Source: Camelus ferus
Taxonomy: Eukaryota
Direction: 5' to 3'
DNA length: 64,000 nt
Assembly: GCF_009834535.1 (NCBI RefSeq)
Contig: NC_045697.1
Coordinates: 48,362,001-48,426,000, forward strand
Shown: positions 50,601-63,037 of the stretch, piece after piece
Numbering within the stretch: position 1 is the stretch's first letter
How the letters are laid out: every line of letters starts with the position of its first letter
Position numbers and translations under genes: made by a program
Notes under the pieces: model-generated
Seen by the model: only the letters and a program-made list of their open reading frames with translations
The model's database searches: none
Told to the model about the DNA's origin: nothing

Positions 50601-52435
50601 GTTTTTCCATAAAAGATACCTAGAAATGAAATTTCTGAGTCCCAGGACAGGTGCATCTTCAGCTGGGCTGAGCTGAGAAGCATCAATTGTTTCTAGTGGT
50701 TCTCTGTGAGTTTCTGCTGTGGCACATTCTCACCAAAATGTGTTACCTGTTTTCATAATACTTAAAAACAAGGGCCAGAGTGACTTATACCTCTGTATAT
50801 AAAAAGCTAAGTACAGAGTAGATGCTCATTAAAAATTCTCTGGTTGTTTAATTTTGGAAAATATATTCTATAAAGTTAAAGACAACTGTATTTAAACATA
50901 CAATTATTATTTTCATATATAGAAGAAAGCTTGCTTTTATTGTTAAATTAATATACACATACATAAACATATATTCAGACACATGCACACACAGAAACAC
51001 AAAAATACATAATGCTTGTTTATTAACACAAAACATGGTAGCAAAAGAAATAGTAACTCTTCAGCTAAAAAGAGATATTCTGAAAATTTTCTACCTTACA
51101 TACGCACATGTATGTGCATTGTGTGTGGGCACGTGTGTGCATGTATCTGTGAGTGTGTGTACTGCCTTAGACATGTGCATCTGTGAATAAAATGGGTTTT
51201 AAAACACTGTCACTTGAACATAGTAATCCACTTCATAAGCTCATCATTTGGAACCAGTGATTAGAAGTTCTCAATTGTCAATTTGTGTAGAACTCCAATT
51301 AAAAATACATGGTTTGAAGTGAGCTTAACTCTGCACCTATCCAAGCAGAAACAGGGCTTTGGTGAATTACTTTAAGCTCTCAATTTACTTCTTCCCTGGC
51401 TTTAACAGATTTTCCTCCCTCTACCATTCCCAGCCATTTAAACCAGTTTTGCCTTAAAGTAGAAACCTTTTATTCATTTGCCAAGGGAATCAATTACAAA
51501 AAAGCACTTCAGATTTTAAAGCTAAAAATGGTGTTTGTACCACTTCAACATATTTCAAAATCAACAAAATATAAACACTTAAGTTATAGTTCTAAAGAAG
51601 GAATGAAAGAAGTTATTTCTTACTAGTCAAATATGATTTTTATCTAAACTGTAAATGATTGCTAAATAATGCATTAAATTAAGACAAATACATTTATTAT
51701 CTAAAAATTTTGAGAATTATTAGGAAAACAATTCTTTTCAGATAATCCAACTACAGAGAAGTTGTGTTCCACCAGTCAGGACGCGTAATGAAATACGTAG
51801 TGGAGAATGTAAGCTTTCTAGTATTGCACCGATACTCTGTTGGATTGAATATAATATTACATCTGCTTATAACACTTCATTCATTAATTTCATTAAGCAA
51901 AGATGAAGTGGCTGGGCCCTGTAGGCTCTGAATAATCTGGATAATTATGAAATCTACATTGCATTTTATACTATACAGACCTTAACTTCACAATAAATGC
52001 ACATATGCCTGATCTCAGCTGTCTAAGAGTTGAAAGATTCTGAAACCTGAAAGCCGCAGACTCAGCTTTGAATAGTGACCCTGACACTGACTAGCTTAGT
52101 GACTTCTCAAAGCCTCCAGTCCCGTATTTGTAAAAATAGGATAATAACACCTGGCTATTTCACAAGACTGTCTGGGAAGATTAAGTGAATGCATATTTGT
52201 AAATTTCCATTAGTAAGTCATAAAATGCTTGACAAACATAAATTATTATTTTGGGGGAAGGGTTCAAATTCCGGCTTAATTGTTTAATATCTGAATGATT
52301 TACATTGCAAGCTACTTAACTTTTTAGTCTATTTTCTTACATGAGAATAGCAGTTTGATGAGGGTTAAATGATACATATAAAGAGTTTAAGTATACTGCA
52401 TTTGGTAAGGGCTCAGTAAGGTTAACTATTATTTC

Positions 52436-52532
52436 TTTTTTATTTATTTTTTTAATGGAGGCACTGGGGATTGAACCCAGGACCTTGTGGGTGCTAAGTA
52501 CACACCCTACCACTCAGCTACACCCCCACTCC
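52436..52532 (-). mobile_element. Vic-1-like SINE
   Basis: ggaggcactggggattgaacccaggacc...ctaccactcagctacacccc; flanking repeats ctattattt. Confidence 0.85.
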
Positions 52533-55500
52533 CTATTATTTCTTATTGTTATTTATCTTATTATACATACCAGGGGGAAAACTGCTTTGAGTTGTTCTTT
52601 CAAAAGTTGTAACAGATTATACTGAACTAGCCACATGCTCAATGACCTGTACTTTGGAGAGACTTGCATGTGATAGCACACAAGCTATAGCAAGAAACAG
52701 ATCTTTTCTCTCTATAGAGTTAACTGGCCAGCTAACCCTTGTCCTTATTAGGTAACTGGGTGAACCAACCTGGACACAAACTATGCAAACAAATTTCACA
52801 TGCCAAGACTATCGTTGCAACACCTGAGAATCAACATCAGTATAATTTGATGAATATTATACTCATAAAATGTTTAAATGAGAATTACCATTGCTTATTT
52901 ATTTCATACAAGAGCACTTCCATTAACGTCCTATTTCTTTCTCTTTGCTTTTCTTTTTATATCGCTGTTCTTGCAAATCTGTACTCTGTCTTTCCTTATC
53001 GCCCATTTCTACAACCAAATGGCTTTGGCTGTCTCCACCCAGCTGTCTTTTTTCCATGTTTTTCTGAGAAGGGAACAAAGTGGGTCACCCAGGAAAAGAG
53101 CTATGTGCTGCTTCTCGCAGGCTTAATTCACTTTCCCCTACAGGTCTAGAGGTCAGACATTTCCGAGATATTTATGACCCAAATGCAGATCAGCAACATG
53201 CCAGGGAAACCAGACAGCTGTATGGGACAATTCTGGCTCCGAATTATGCTAATCCTTTACATGATGCCATTAGGAAAACAAAAAACAAAAACCCTAAAGT
53301 GACGCACAACTGAAAAGTATAAAATTGTTGGTGTATTGTAGCATGTGACATATAGAACAAGAGTAATACTATTGTCTTATTTCTCCATAGGTATACAATA
53401 GCACTGTGTGTTCCCAGAAGCCACTGGATCATGGTAACTTTTGAGCTTATCCCAACCAGTCGCACAAGTACTAGGAATCAAACACCTGTTGATTTGTTAA
53501 TGCAACTGAGGGAACTCGACCGTTGGGTTCCAATGACTCTAAAATATACAAGGACGTTCTATTTCAGACCAAATGCACTTCCTTTCATACGTGGGTTTTG
53601 AGCGGGTGATAATTTCCTATTTGCAAAAATCAATGTGATTCATATACTACTGATAATTCTTTTTTTGTTACTGTTCTCAGGAGACAAAGTTCTATATGAA
53701 TATTATCAGCCAGTTTTTAAATTTTAGGAAATGTATATGGTTTCAATAAATGACAGCATTCCTTTGGGGTGCAAGAAGGTCAATTAAATGCATTTATATC
53801 ACATAATATCCTAATAGAGGAAATATAATATTAGCACGCACACTCTAAATTAATTGTAGACTCTGACCTCTCCAATTTTCCCTTGGGAGAAGGTTTTCCC
53901 CACTGCCCACACAGAGCTTGACTGGGATACGCGAGGCATGGTGCCAGCCTCCAAGATGCAGCTGACACTCTCTTGGTTATCTGTCAGCTCTCCCTGCACC
54001 AGTTCTGGAAGAGTTGTCTAAAACAGCACAAAAACATTGATGAGTAGAACACTCACTTTGGCTCAATGAACATTTAATGAACAGTTACCGTGTGCCAGGC
54101 ACCACAATGAACAATGAAAAAAAAAAAGATGCAGCCCTTTACAGTTTGGTCAAAAGGAAGCACATAAATATAGGTCATTAAAATCAAACAGGAAATGCTG
54201 TGATAGAGGTGAGAGCAGGGCCATGGGGGTATAGAGGAGGAGCTAGATCTTCTTTCCTGAAGTTCAGACTCACTAATTCAACAGTCCACCAGATATCAGT
54301 AGCTTCTCAATGTGTTCAAAGCAGAACTCAGAAACTCCTGTTCAAATAACTTTGTAGCAAATGCCCTGTTCATTTTCTCTGGCCTCCAGTTCAACTCTGC
54401 CTGTATGTGAGAACTGCTCTCAACCAATGACTGCGTGGGTGGATACATAACCCAGCTCTCGCCTAACTCGGTTGGGATGATTCTGTTACATTCTCTGCAG
54501 TCCCATTGAGTCTCCACCCACTGAGGACCGTGATGGTAAAAATAGGTCAAGTGAAAGGCCCCAGAAGTTCCTGTCCTTACTTGGATCATAAACCAAAAGC
54601 AATATCTCCTCCTTGATGGGACCTAGAGATTAGCACCACCATCAAAGACTTGACAAAAAGCAGGGGTAGTGACACCTGCTGCAGCTGCATTTCATTTGCC
54701 TGTTTGGCCTGCAGGCGAGTTGGACGGACCCTGGGAAAGACTGGGCAGTATAGGTGCTTCCAACTGCAGCTGCTGTTTAGATGGAGCCTCTTTTCTGGAA
54801 TAAATCAAGAGTCTCCAGCACTTGGTGTGCAGGTGTTGATCCAAAGATGCCTCTTTCTGTGCCAATTCGCAAGGGCTAGCAGAGCCATTTGCTTTTGCCT
54901 GATGTGGCCTCATTACTACATCACTCTCCTGCTCTCTGCCATCGTATAGTCTGCAGAGTTGATGATCATCTTGTCAGTCCACATCAAGTCACACACCCGC
55001 CCACCACATTGATGACATTATATGGATTGGAACTGATCAGGACCTGAACAGGAAGTAGCAAGTATTTCCTATGACTTAGTAAGACATATGTGAACCAGAG
55101 AATAGTAGATAAAACCTTACAAAAATTCAGGGACTTATTACCTATGTGAGAATCCTGGAAGTCAAATGGTATGGAACATCTCAAGATCTCTCCTCCAAAG
55201 TGGAAGGTACATCACTGCGCCTCACACGGTCTACCACTAAAGAAGAGGCACTAGGTGGGCCTTCTGGGATTTTTAAGGTAATATATACCACACGTGAGTG
55301 TGCTGCTTAGATCCCACTTACGAGTAATCGGTAAAGCCGTCTGTTTTGAAAGAGACCAGAGCAAGTGTAGGCTGAGTGCAGCTTGCTCTTTGTGACCCAA
55401 TGATAAGACACTTGGAGCATCTGCAGGAAGTCTCCGGCAAGCAGCAATCAGAGAATCAAGTGTGGAACTCAGGGTTTTGAAGCAAATCTGTGCCTCCTCT

Positions 55501-56309
55501 GCAGATAACAATTCTCCCTTTTCAGAAACAGCTCCTAGCTTGATACTGATACTGAATACCTTACATGTAAACTGTGTTTCCCACCCATGCACTGGGGGAC
55601 CTTCCTCACCTCCTGAGGTTGGGTGTGCACAGAAACAATCTATCATCAAGGAAAATGGTCCATATAAGATTGAGCTCAAGCTCAAGCAGGTCCAGAAGGT
55701 GCAATTAAGTGGCCTAAGCAGGTGACTTATGCTCCTCCCCTTCTTCTGTATCTGTAGCCTCACAGGGGAGTTCCTTATTACCAGTAGAATGAGGAGGGAG
55801 AAGCTCAGTCTTGATTTACAGATAGTAAAACAATGTGCTGCCAAACTGGAGTGGACACTACTTGCAGCATTGTAGTCCTACTCGGGAGTGTCTCTGGACA
55901 GCAGTAAAGGAAAATACACCCCAGGTGGGAACTTCCAGTAATACATTTTGCTGTCCACTTTTTCTGAGCTGGGAGATGGCCAGAAGTATGGATTTTTACC
56001 CTGATTCATGGGTGGTGGCTAACAGTTTTGCTGGAGGTTCAGGGACTTGGTAAAGACAGGATTGAAATATTGGTGAGAAGGAGTCTGGGGAAAATGTGAG
56101 TGGCTGGATCACTCATAGTGGGCACAGAGTGTGAAGATATTCGTGAATATTCTTCAAAGAGTATCCATTGCAGTGGAGGCTTTCAATGACCAGGTAGGTA
56201 GAAAAAAATGACATATTTTGTATATGTCAGCTTCTCTCACCAGCTACTTGCTCAATGGGCCTATGTATAAAGCGGTCACAGTGGCAAGAAAGGAGGTTAC
56301 TCCATTCTT

Positions 56310-56550
56310 TTTTTTATAATTCTTATTTTTTATTGAAGTGTAGTCAATTTACAATGTTAGTTTCAGGTGTACAACATAGCAATTCACCTATACATATACA
56401 TACACATATATTTTTTTTCTCATATTCTTTTCCATTACAGCTCATTACAAGAAATTGAATATAATTCCCTGTGCTTATTGTTTACCTATTTTACATATAG
56501 TAATGTGTGTCTGTTAATCTCAAACTCCCAATCTATCCCTCCCCCTCCCA
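56310..56550 (-). mobile_element. Short L1 3' end inserted in the ERV-L
   Basis: tttttattgaagtgtagtcaatttacaatgtt; 16-bp TSD aggtta(c/t)tccattctt at 56294-56309 and 56551-56566. Confidence 0.9.
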
Positions 56551-56593
56551 AGGTTATTCCATTCTTAACAGCATGGACTGACCTAGCTACTGT

Positions 56594-57112
56594 TGAGACA
56601 AGCGGGAAAAGGGCAGGGCACAACCACTAAAAGAAAGACACAGCAATTGAGGGTAGTACATAAACTGGCTAGAGCCAAGATGGTAGAATATTCAACTTCC
56701 AGTAGACCTTGAGCCTCATTATCTGCTCATTTCCTCATTGTACTACATTAGTCTGCTAAATGACACACCCCCAGGTGTCATGACAGTTCTGAGGCTGGCC
56801 ATAAAAGGCCAAAAAGTGGGCTGTGGCCCAATTCCTGGAAATCCCCACCCCTTCCCCAAAAAAGTTGGAATAATCCTCCTACTTGTAGCATATGACATTA
56901 CCCAGCCCATAAAAACTCACCACTCCTACACCTCATGGCCAATCTCACTTTCCTAGATGACCCCATGCTCTGGGGCTGCCTCTCTTGTCTCTGAGATGGC
57001 CCACACTCTGTCTGTGGAGTGTGTATCTCCCTGAATAAATCTACTTTCACTTCACTATGGCTGGCTCTTGATTTCTTTCCTGGGTTAGACAAGAACCGAT
57101 TCTCCAGCAACC
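56594..57112 (+). mobile_element. ERV1 solo LTR, MER41-like, inserted in the ERV-L integrase
   Basis: TG start, 4-bp TSD ctgt/ttgt, AATAAA at ~57034. Internal blocks tgacacacccccaggtgtcatgacagtt and gaataatcctcctacttgtagcatatga resemble MER41 as I recall it. Confidence 0.7.
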
Positions 57113-58541
57113 TTGTTACTGATGAGTGCCTACCTGGCCAACAGCAGAGACCAACACTTAGTCTTCAATAAAGCTCTCTTCCCCAGGGGACCAGTCAGCT
57201 ACCAGGTGCAGACTGATCACAGTGAGTCCTTACATCATGGAGAAGGCAGAGATTTGTCCCCACTGAAACTGATGTGTATTTTGGATATGGATTTGTCGTC
57301 CCTGTTTGTAAATGTTTTTGCAAGTAGCACCATTTTTAGACTTTCAGAATGCTTTATTGACCATCGTTGGCATTCCCCACACAATGTTGCTCTGGGTCAG
57401 AGAACTCATTTCACAGCTGAAGAAGTGCAGTGTAGAAATCACTGCTCTTTTCACACAGACCATCACCCAGAAGCAGTTGGCTAAATAGAATGATGGACTA
57501 GCCTCCAGAACTCGCTTACAATGACCGTTGAGGGATGGGGTTCTAGCATACAAGAAATACTCTGAATCAGCAACCAGTATATGGTGCTATCTCCTCTGTA
57601 ACCAAAATAATGGTTCAGGAATCAAAGGGGAAGTGAATGGATCCTTTCAGTGTTACACTTACAATGTTACAACTCACAGAAATTTTGCTTCCATACTTGC
57701 AATTTTCAGTTCTGTTGATGTGGAGATTTTGGTTCTGAAGGGCAGAATATTTTTGCCAGGAGTTACAGCAATGGCTCCATTGAATTAGAAGTTGAAACTG
57801 ACACCTGACCCTTTGGGGCTTTTTGTACCTCTGGCTGTATACTTTACACGACTGGAATGATGGATCCAGGTTCCTGAGAGAAAATTGAGTCGCTTCTACA
57901 CAGTGGGGGCAGGGAAGGCTACATCCAGGAACCAGAGGGTTCTCTGAGGAGGCTCTCAGTATGTCAATGTACAATAATGAAGCATAATGGAAAACTACAG
58001 CCATAAAGTAAAGTCTGGACAACTGAACATTCAGATGCTTTAGTATGAAAAGTTTAGATTATGCTACCAAAGAACCCCTTCGGCTAAGGTTCTATCTGAC
58101 GACAAATGAAAAATAGAAAGGAAGAGAGAAGTTATAAATACCACCTATGGTCTTATGACCAGGTACAGAAATAAATACTGTAGCAGCTTTATTATATATG
58201 TGCGCTTGTGTACGTACAAGTAGGCAGAGAGAGAGAGAAATAATTTTATTCTTTCATTTCCCCTTATTATTTTACTGGAGTTTAGCGTTACAGTTTAGTC
58301 TTTAGTAGAAGAATATTCAGGCAAGACTATGACTGAATTTGCTGAGTAACTGACATGGGCCAGAGACAGGTGGCATGACTGACTCCCAGTAATTGATTCA
58401 ATGATCATTAGCGTGAAGGTAAAAATGTCTTCATTTATGTAAAGGTGAGTTGAATCTTGGGTGGAGTTCTTATTGTTGGTGACTAGAACATCGGATATGT
58501 GTAGTAGGGTGAGTATGGCTGCTGGGTAGCCAGGGATACAC

Positions 58542-59238
58542 TGTATCAGTTTCTAAGCTATTATCTCGCAGCTGCAAATGCACCTTTCTGTACTCTGCTT
58601 AATGATGCTGGTACAGAATCTCCCCAAATCATAGTTATGCTTTGCCAGCTGGCTTCCTTTGGGCACTGCTAATAGGGTGCTCTACAAGGGTACTGCAAAG
58701 CTGGAGGATGATAAACGGACTTGCTGCGTGTTTCTGCCTGCTTTCTGAGCCCGTAAACTTTACCCTAGCACCATTTCTTTACCTTGGTAGCACCATTTTT
58801 CCCCCTCCATCACTGCAAACTCAGTTTGCAGTTTTTCCTATACCTGTAAAACCATCCTCATTTTGTTCCAGTTTAGAAACAATGGCACCAGCTGGTAGGC
58901 ACCCGCTTCTCAGAGATCAGGCTCCAGGCCCAAAAGTCTCCTCTTCCAAACTCAGAGACACCAGCACCAACTGAGCAGTACCTCAAGCTCTGATGGCTCA
59001 GTTTCAGGTCCATGGGTCCCTACCCAGGTTTCCAAGTTTTAAACTAATTCCAGCCTCTTCTTATTTCACCAGCCTCAGAGTGGTAGCTGCTTCCTACAAT
59101 TGCTGCTTCCCTAATAATTCAGCATTTTCCTTTTGTTTTTTTTCTGTTACCTAGTTAACAACCTTGTACCTGATTAACAATTCCTTGTGTTAAGTGCTGG
59201 TGCAGTTTCTATCTCCTGACAGTTTTCTGGCTGGTACA
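58542..59238 (+). mobile_element. 3' LTR of the ERV-L provirus
   Basis: Follows the PPT-like gggtagccagggatacac; TG...CA termini; ERVL-type end tttctatctcctgac...ctggtaca. Confidence 0.7.
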
Positions 59239-59587
59239 CACACCTTCCTAGGATTCCCGCACCTGTTCCCATCCCTCAGTCTAGGTTGGAAATTTTTCTC
59301 CCATTTTACTGTCATTAACAACTTCCTAACACAACAAGCATTACAGAATTCTGTGATTGTCTGCTTTCTAATATCCCTGCTAAATGGAGACCTTTCCATT
59401 TCTAAACTGTTTAACTGGGCCTTTTCCAGCATAATGCTAGGAAAATAGAGATACTCAGTGAATATTTATTGAATGAATGGAAGAACAACTCAGGAAGAGT
59501 CCCCAAGGGAAGGCAACAGAGGAGAGAGTTAGAAGTAGCCCCTAGACCAGTGGCTCACCCGTATTTTGATCTCAAGGTTCCTTTACA

Positions 59588-59775
59588 GAGTAATATACTG
59601 GTAAGTGTTTAATAAACAGTTTTTAATTCTCTGTACTTTTGCCGGTTTCTGTTTTGTAAATACTTTCTCCATGTCTAATTTTAAGCCATCAATATGATGT
59701 CATTGCGCACAGTTGGAAAGAGATGCTCACCTTGGCTGTCACAAGCCTGTGCCACACAGCTCCTGCACACCATTG
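59588..59775 (-). mobile_element. MER63A-like (hAT-Blackjack) MITE
   Basis: Minus strand caatggtgtgcaggagc...aaacacttaccagtatattac; flanking duplication ctttaca at 59581 and 59776. Confidence 0.7.
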
Positions 59776-60158
59776 CTTTACACTCCTAAACATTATTGAG
59801 GACCTCAAAGAATTTATTTTAGGTGGATTAGAGCAATAAATACTTAAAGCATTAGAAATTAGAACTGAAAAATTCTTTAAATTTCTCTGTATAGATTCTA
59901 TCAAAAATAAATAATAATCCCACTACTTGTTGGCATAAATACCATTTTTATAAAACATAACTATATTTTACAAAACAAAAAAAAGTAGTGTGAAAAGGAG
60001 GCAATGTTTTACATTTTAGCAAATCTCAATGTTTGGGTTGTTAGAAGACAACTGGCTTCTAACATCTCCTTTACATTCATTCTGTTGCAATACGTTGTTT
60101 TAAGAATATGAAGAAAATCTGACCCACACAGATTATATTATTAGAAAATGGAGGAGTA

Positions 60159-60636
60159 TGCAGACAAAAAACATAATGAAATAACGCCATTTGCAGCAAC
60201 ATGGATGGACCTAGAGATTATTGTACTAAGTCAGTCAGACAAAGACAAATATTGTATGACATCACTTATATGTGGGATCTAAAAAAAATGATAAAAATGA
60301 ACTTATTTACAAACCGGAAATAGACTCACAGACATAGAAAACAAACCAAGGCAAAAAAAGGGGTAAGAGGTAGGGGGAAGGGATAAACTAGGAGTTGCAT
60401 ATTAACACATATACACTACTACATATAAAATAGGCAACAAGGACCTACTGTAGAACACAGGGAACTATATTCAATATCTTGTAATAACCTATAATGGAAA
60501 CAATTCTGAAAGAGAATACATATGTATATGTATAACTGAATCACTTTGCTGTACACTTGAAACTAACACAACATTGTAAATCAACTATACGTCAAAATTA
60601 ATAAATAAATAAATAAATAAATTTTTAAAAAAAGAA
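60159..60636 (+). mobile_element. L1 3' end inserted in Charlie1a
   Basis: gccatttgcagcaacatggatggacctagag...(AAAT)n tail; 16-bp TSD agaaa(a/g)tggaggagta at 60143-60158 and 60637-60652. Confidence 0.9.
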
Positions 60637-61919
60637 AGAAAGTGGAGGAGTACACACATTTTAATAATCCTTTTAGGTAGTTGTGGGTATTTTTCTTTGA
60701 TGCTACACTAAAACTCAAAAAGTGGTAATTTCCTAAAGGTTAGTTATAACGTGGAATCTGAAACCATATAATGAAATTTTAAACTCTATTATGATAAACT
60801 CCTGTAGTCTATCTTGCATTTAGAGTGGGTCTTTTACCCAGCATGATTTTGTAACATAAAGCTTTGGTCATTTTGGAAAGGACTGCATCACTGAATTAGG
60901 CAAATCTTCAAAATATTAACATATTTCAACATACAATATCAAAAATTATATTCACTAATATCACCACCAATCTCATAGTGGTCTTTGAGTATTGGGAAAC
61001 TATCAAGCTCACAGTAGTGTATACACTTCCCAAAATTCTAATTTTCATTCCAATTTTTTCTCATTGGCAATAAACACTGTCAGCTGTTTTCCTTGAAGTG
61101 ACAGATTCACTTCATGCATTTTTAATGAAATATCTGCCCAATGCCCAAGTCTAAATAACCATAGTTTTTCTGTCAGTCATTTTTTTCGAAGTGAAAATGA
61201 TGTCCCACAAGAAAAGCAGCTAGTCCAGCTCATATCTCAAGCAATCGCACAAGTTCTTTTACTTAAGACAACTATTACACTTTTCTGTGTGCAGAAGTGC
61301 TTTATGCATATTTCTCATTTTTTAAACACAGAATATTAAAAATGTATAACCAAGCTTCAAGATTTAGTGAAATAAATCATTTTACTGCTTCATCAAGGAC
61401 AAATATTTAAAAATGTATAACCAAGCGTCAGGATTTAATAAAATAATTTCCTGCTCCATCAAGGACATTCTTAAGGGAAACTGGCTTTGTGTGTGTGGGT
61501 GTGGGTGGGTGTGGGTGTGATTTGGTTTTTACTGGGAGCGCGTGACAATGATAAAACAATGACCCCTAGTACAATTTGGTGACACTGCTTTGGGTCATAC
61601 AGAGATACCAGCAATTTTAACCGCCATTGCTTTACACCATTAGTGCATATATCCACACGGAGAAACAAGATTATAAGACTGTACCATCCTAGCACTATAA
61701 TGAAAGTAATTTTGACCTTGCAGACCCCAGAGAGGATTTCCCCAGGAGTCCATTGACCACATTTTGAGAAGTACTGTACCACGAGAAAGTTGAAAAATCT
61801 CTAGGCACAAGTCATTTTCTGGGGAGTTTGCAAATACATAAGGACCATACAAACGTGAAAGATGGAACAGTTCGAGAAAGGTGTTTTCTCAGGTCACTAT
61901 GCTGGAAGGAAACGAAGAC

Positions 61920-61991
61920 AGGAAAGAAAGGAAAGGAAGAAAAGAAAGGAGGGAGGGAGGGAAAAAAAGAAAGAAAGAAAAAGAAAGAAAG

Positions 61992-62049
<58 letters not shown>

Positions 62050-62138
62050 GGAGAGAGAAAGAAAGAAAGAGAAAGAAAGGGAGGAAGGAAGAGAGGGAGG
62101 AAGGAAGGAAGGAAGGAAGGAAGGAAGGAAGGAAGGAA

Positions 62139-62200
<62 letters not shown>

Positions 62201-62299
62201 AAAGAAAGAAAGGAAAGAAAGAAAGGAAAGAAAGAGGGAGGGAGGAAGAAAGAAAGAGAAGGGAAGAAGAAAAGAAAGAAAAGAGAAGGGAAGAAAGAA
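61920..62299. repeat. Compound (GAAA)n/(GGAA)n pure-purine microsatellite, ~380 bp
   Basis: Only A and G on the plus strand across the interval. Confidence 0.95.
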
Positions 62300-62975
62300 T
62301 GAAAAGAAAGACTAATTGAGAGCTGTCTTAAACAAGTGACTCCTGTCCACAGTCTCTCCTGAGGAGGCAGCTCTGGGCTGCCAGATCTACCGTGAGACCT
62401 CGCAGCTCTTTCGTAACACCTGTCATCACTAATTCCATCCAGCTCTGACTTTGGACTGAGGACCTCCCACACAGAGGCTCAAGGAAACCAAGACATTCTG
62501 AGAAGAGTAATACAAGTGCTCCTCTGAAACAGATTAACTAGCGAAATCAGACTCCCTCTTTCCAAAATGTTAAAGGGAGGAAAAAAGAGAGAGAATCAGC
62601 CAGGTGTAGGTGACATAAAAGCTGGGAGGAATAAAAACACCCTGATAAGAAATGGTAGTCAGGGCTATAATGGGTCACCAGCATCCAAAACTTATATAAG
62701 AAACTGAAACTACAAGAAAGGAGACGTGATGAGTGAGGAGAACCAATGAGGTAGAGAAAGGGGGCTGAAAGAAAGGGGAATAATTGTGTCAGCAGAGGCA
62801 GGAGCAGTAAATGTGGAGACAAAGAGAAATTTAGCCACCTTAATGGTGTAAGGTCAACAAATTCCTGCTCCTGAGAGGCTAACTAGAAAGTCCAGTTCGT
62901 AGAGTTGCCAAGCCAGACCTCAGCTGTTAGCAGAGATTCCTTTTCTATTGATATCCTTCCAAAACCTCACTGTTT

Positions 62976-63037
62976 AAAAAAAATAAAATAAAATAAAATA
63001 AAATAATAATAATAATAATAATAAATAATAATAATAA
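62976..63037. repeat. (AAAAT)n/(AAT)n compound microsatellite
   Basis: Seen directly. Confidence 0.9.

Larger units (their letters stand above)
54540..58541 (+). mobile_element. Fossil ERV-L internal region (decayed pol: RT, integrase, dUTPase remnants)
   Basis: Frameshifted remnants of ERV-L pol: HIDDI at cacattgatgacatt (~55005), TTKEEA (~55233), integrase-like HFTAEEVQ...HHPEAVG (ORF 57113..57484), dUTPase-like EILVLKGRIFLPG...PLN (ORF 57528..57788). Confidence 0.8.
59548..61776 (-). mobile_element. Charlie1a (hAT) DNA transposon with nested MER63A and L1
   Basis: Termini cagtggctca and ccacattttgagaagtactg, hAT-type target ccctagac at left, and long colinear similarity to Charlie1a from memory. 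Confidence 0.8.

Noticed and set aside
55251..55844. 197-aa minus-strand ORF
   Set aside because: Antisense to decayed ERV-L pol, non-ATG start, no recognisable protein features.
61828..62472. Long K/E/R-rich and F/L/S-rich ORFs
   Set aside because: Translations of the GAAA/GGAA microsatellite.
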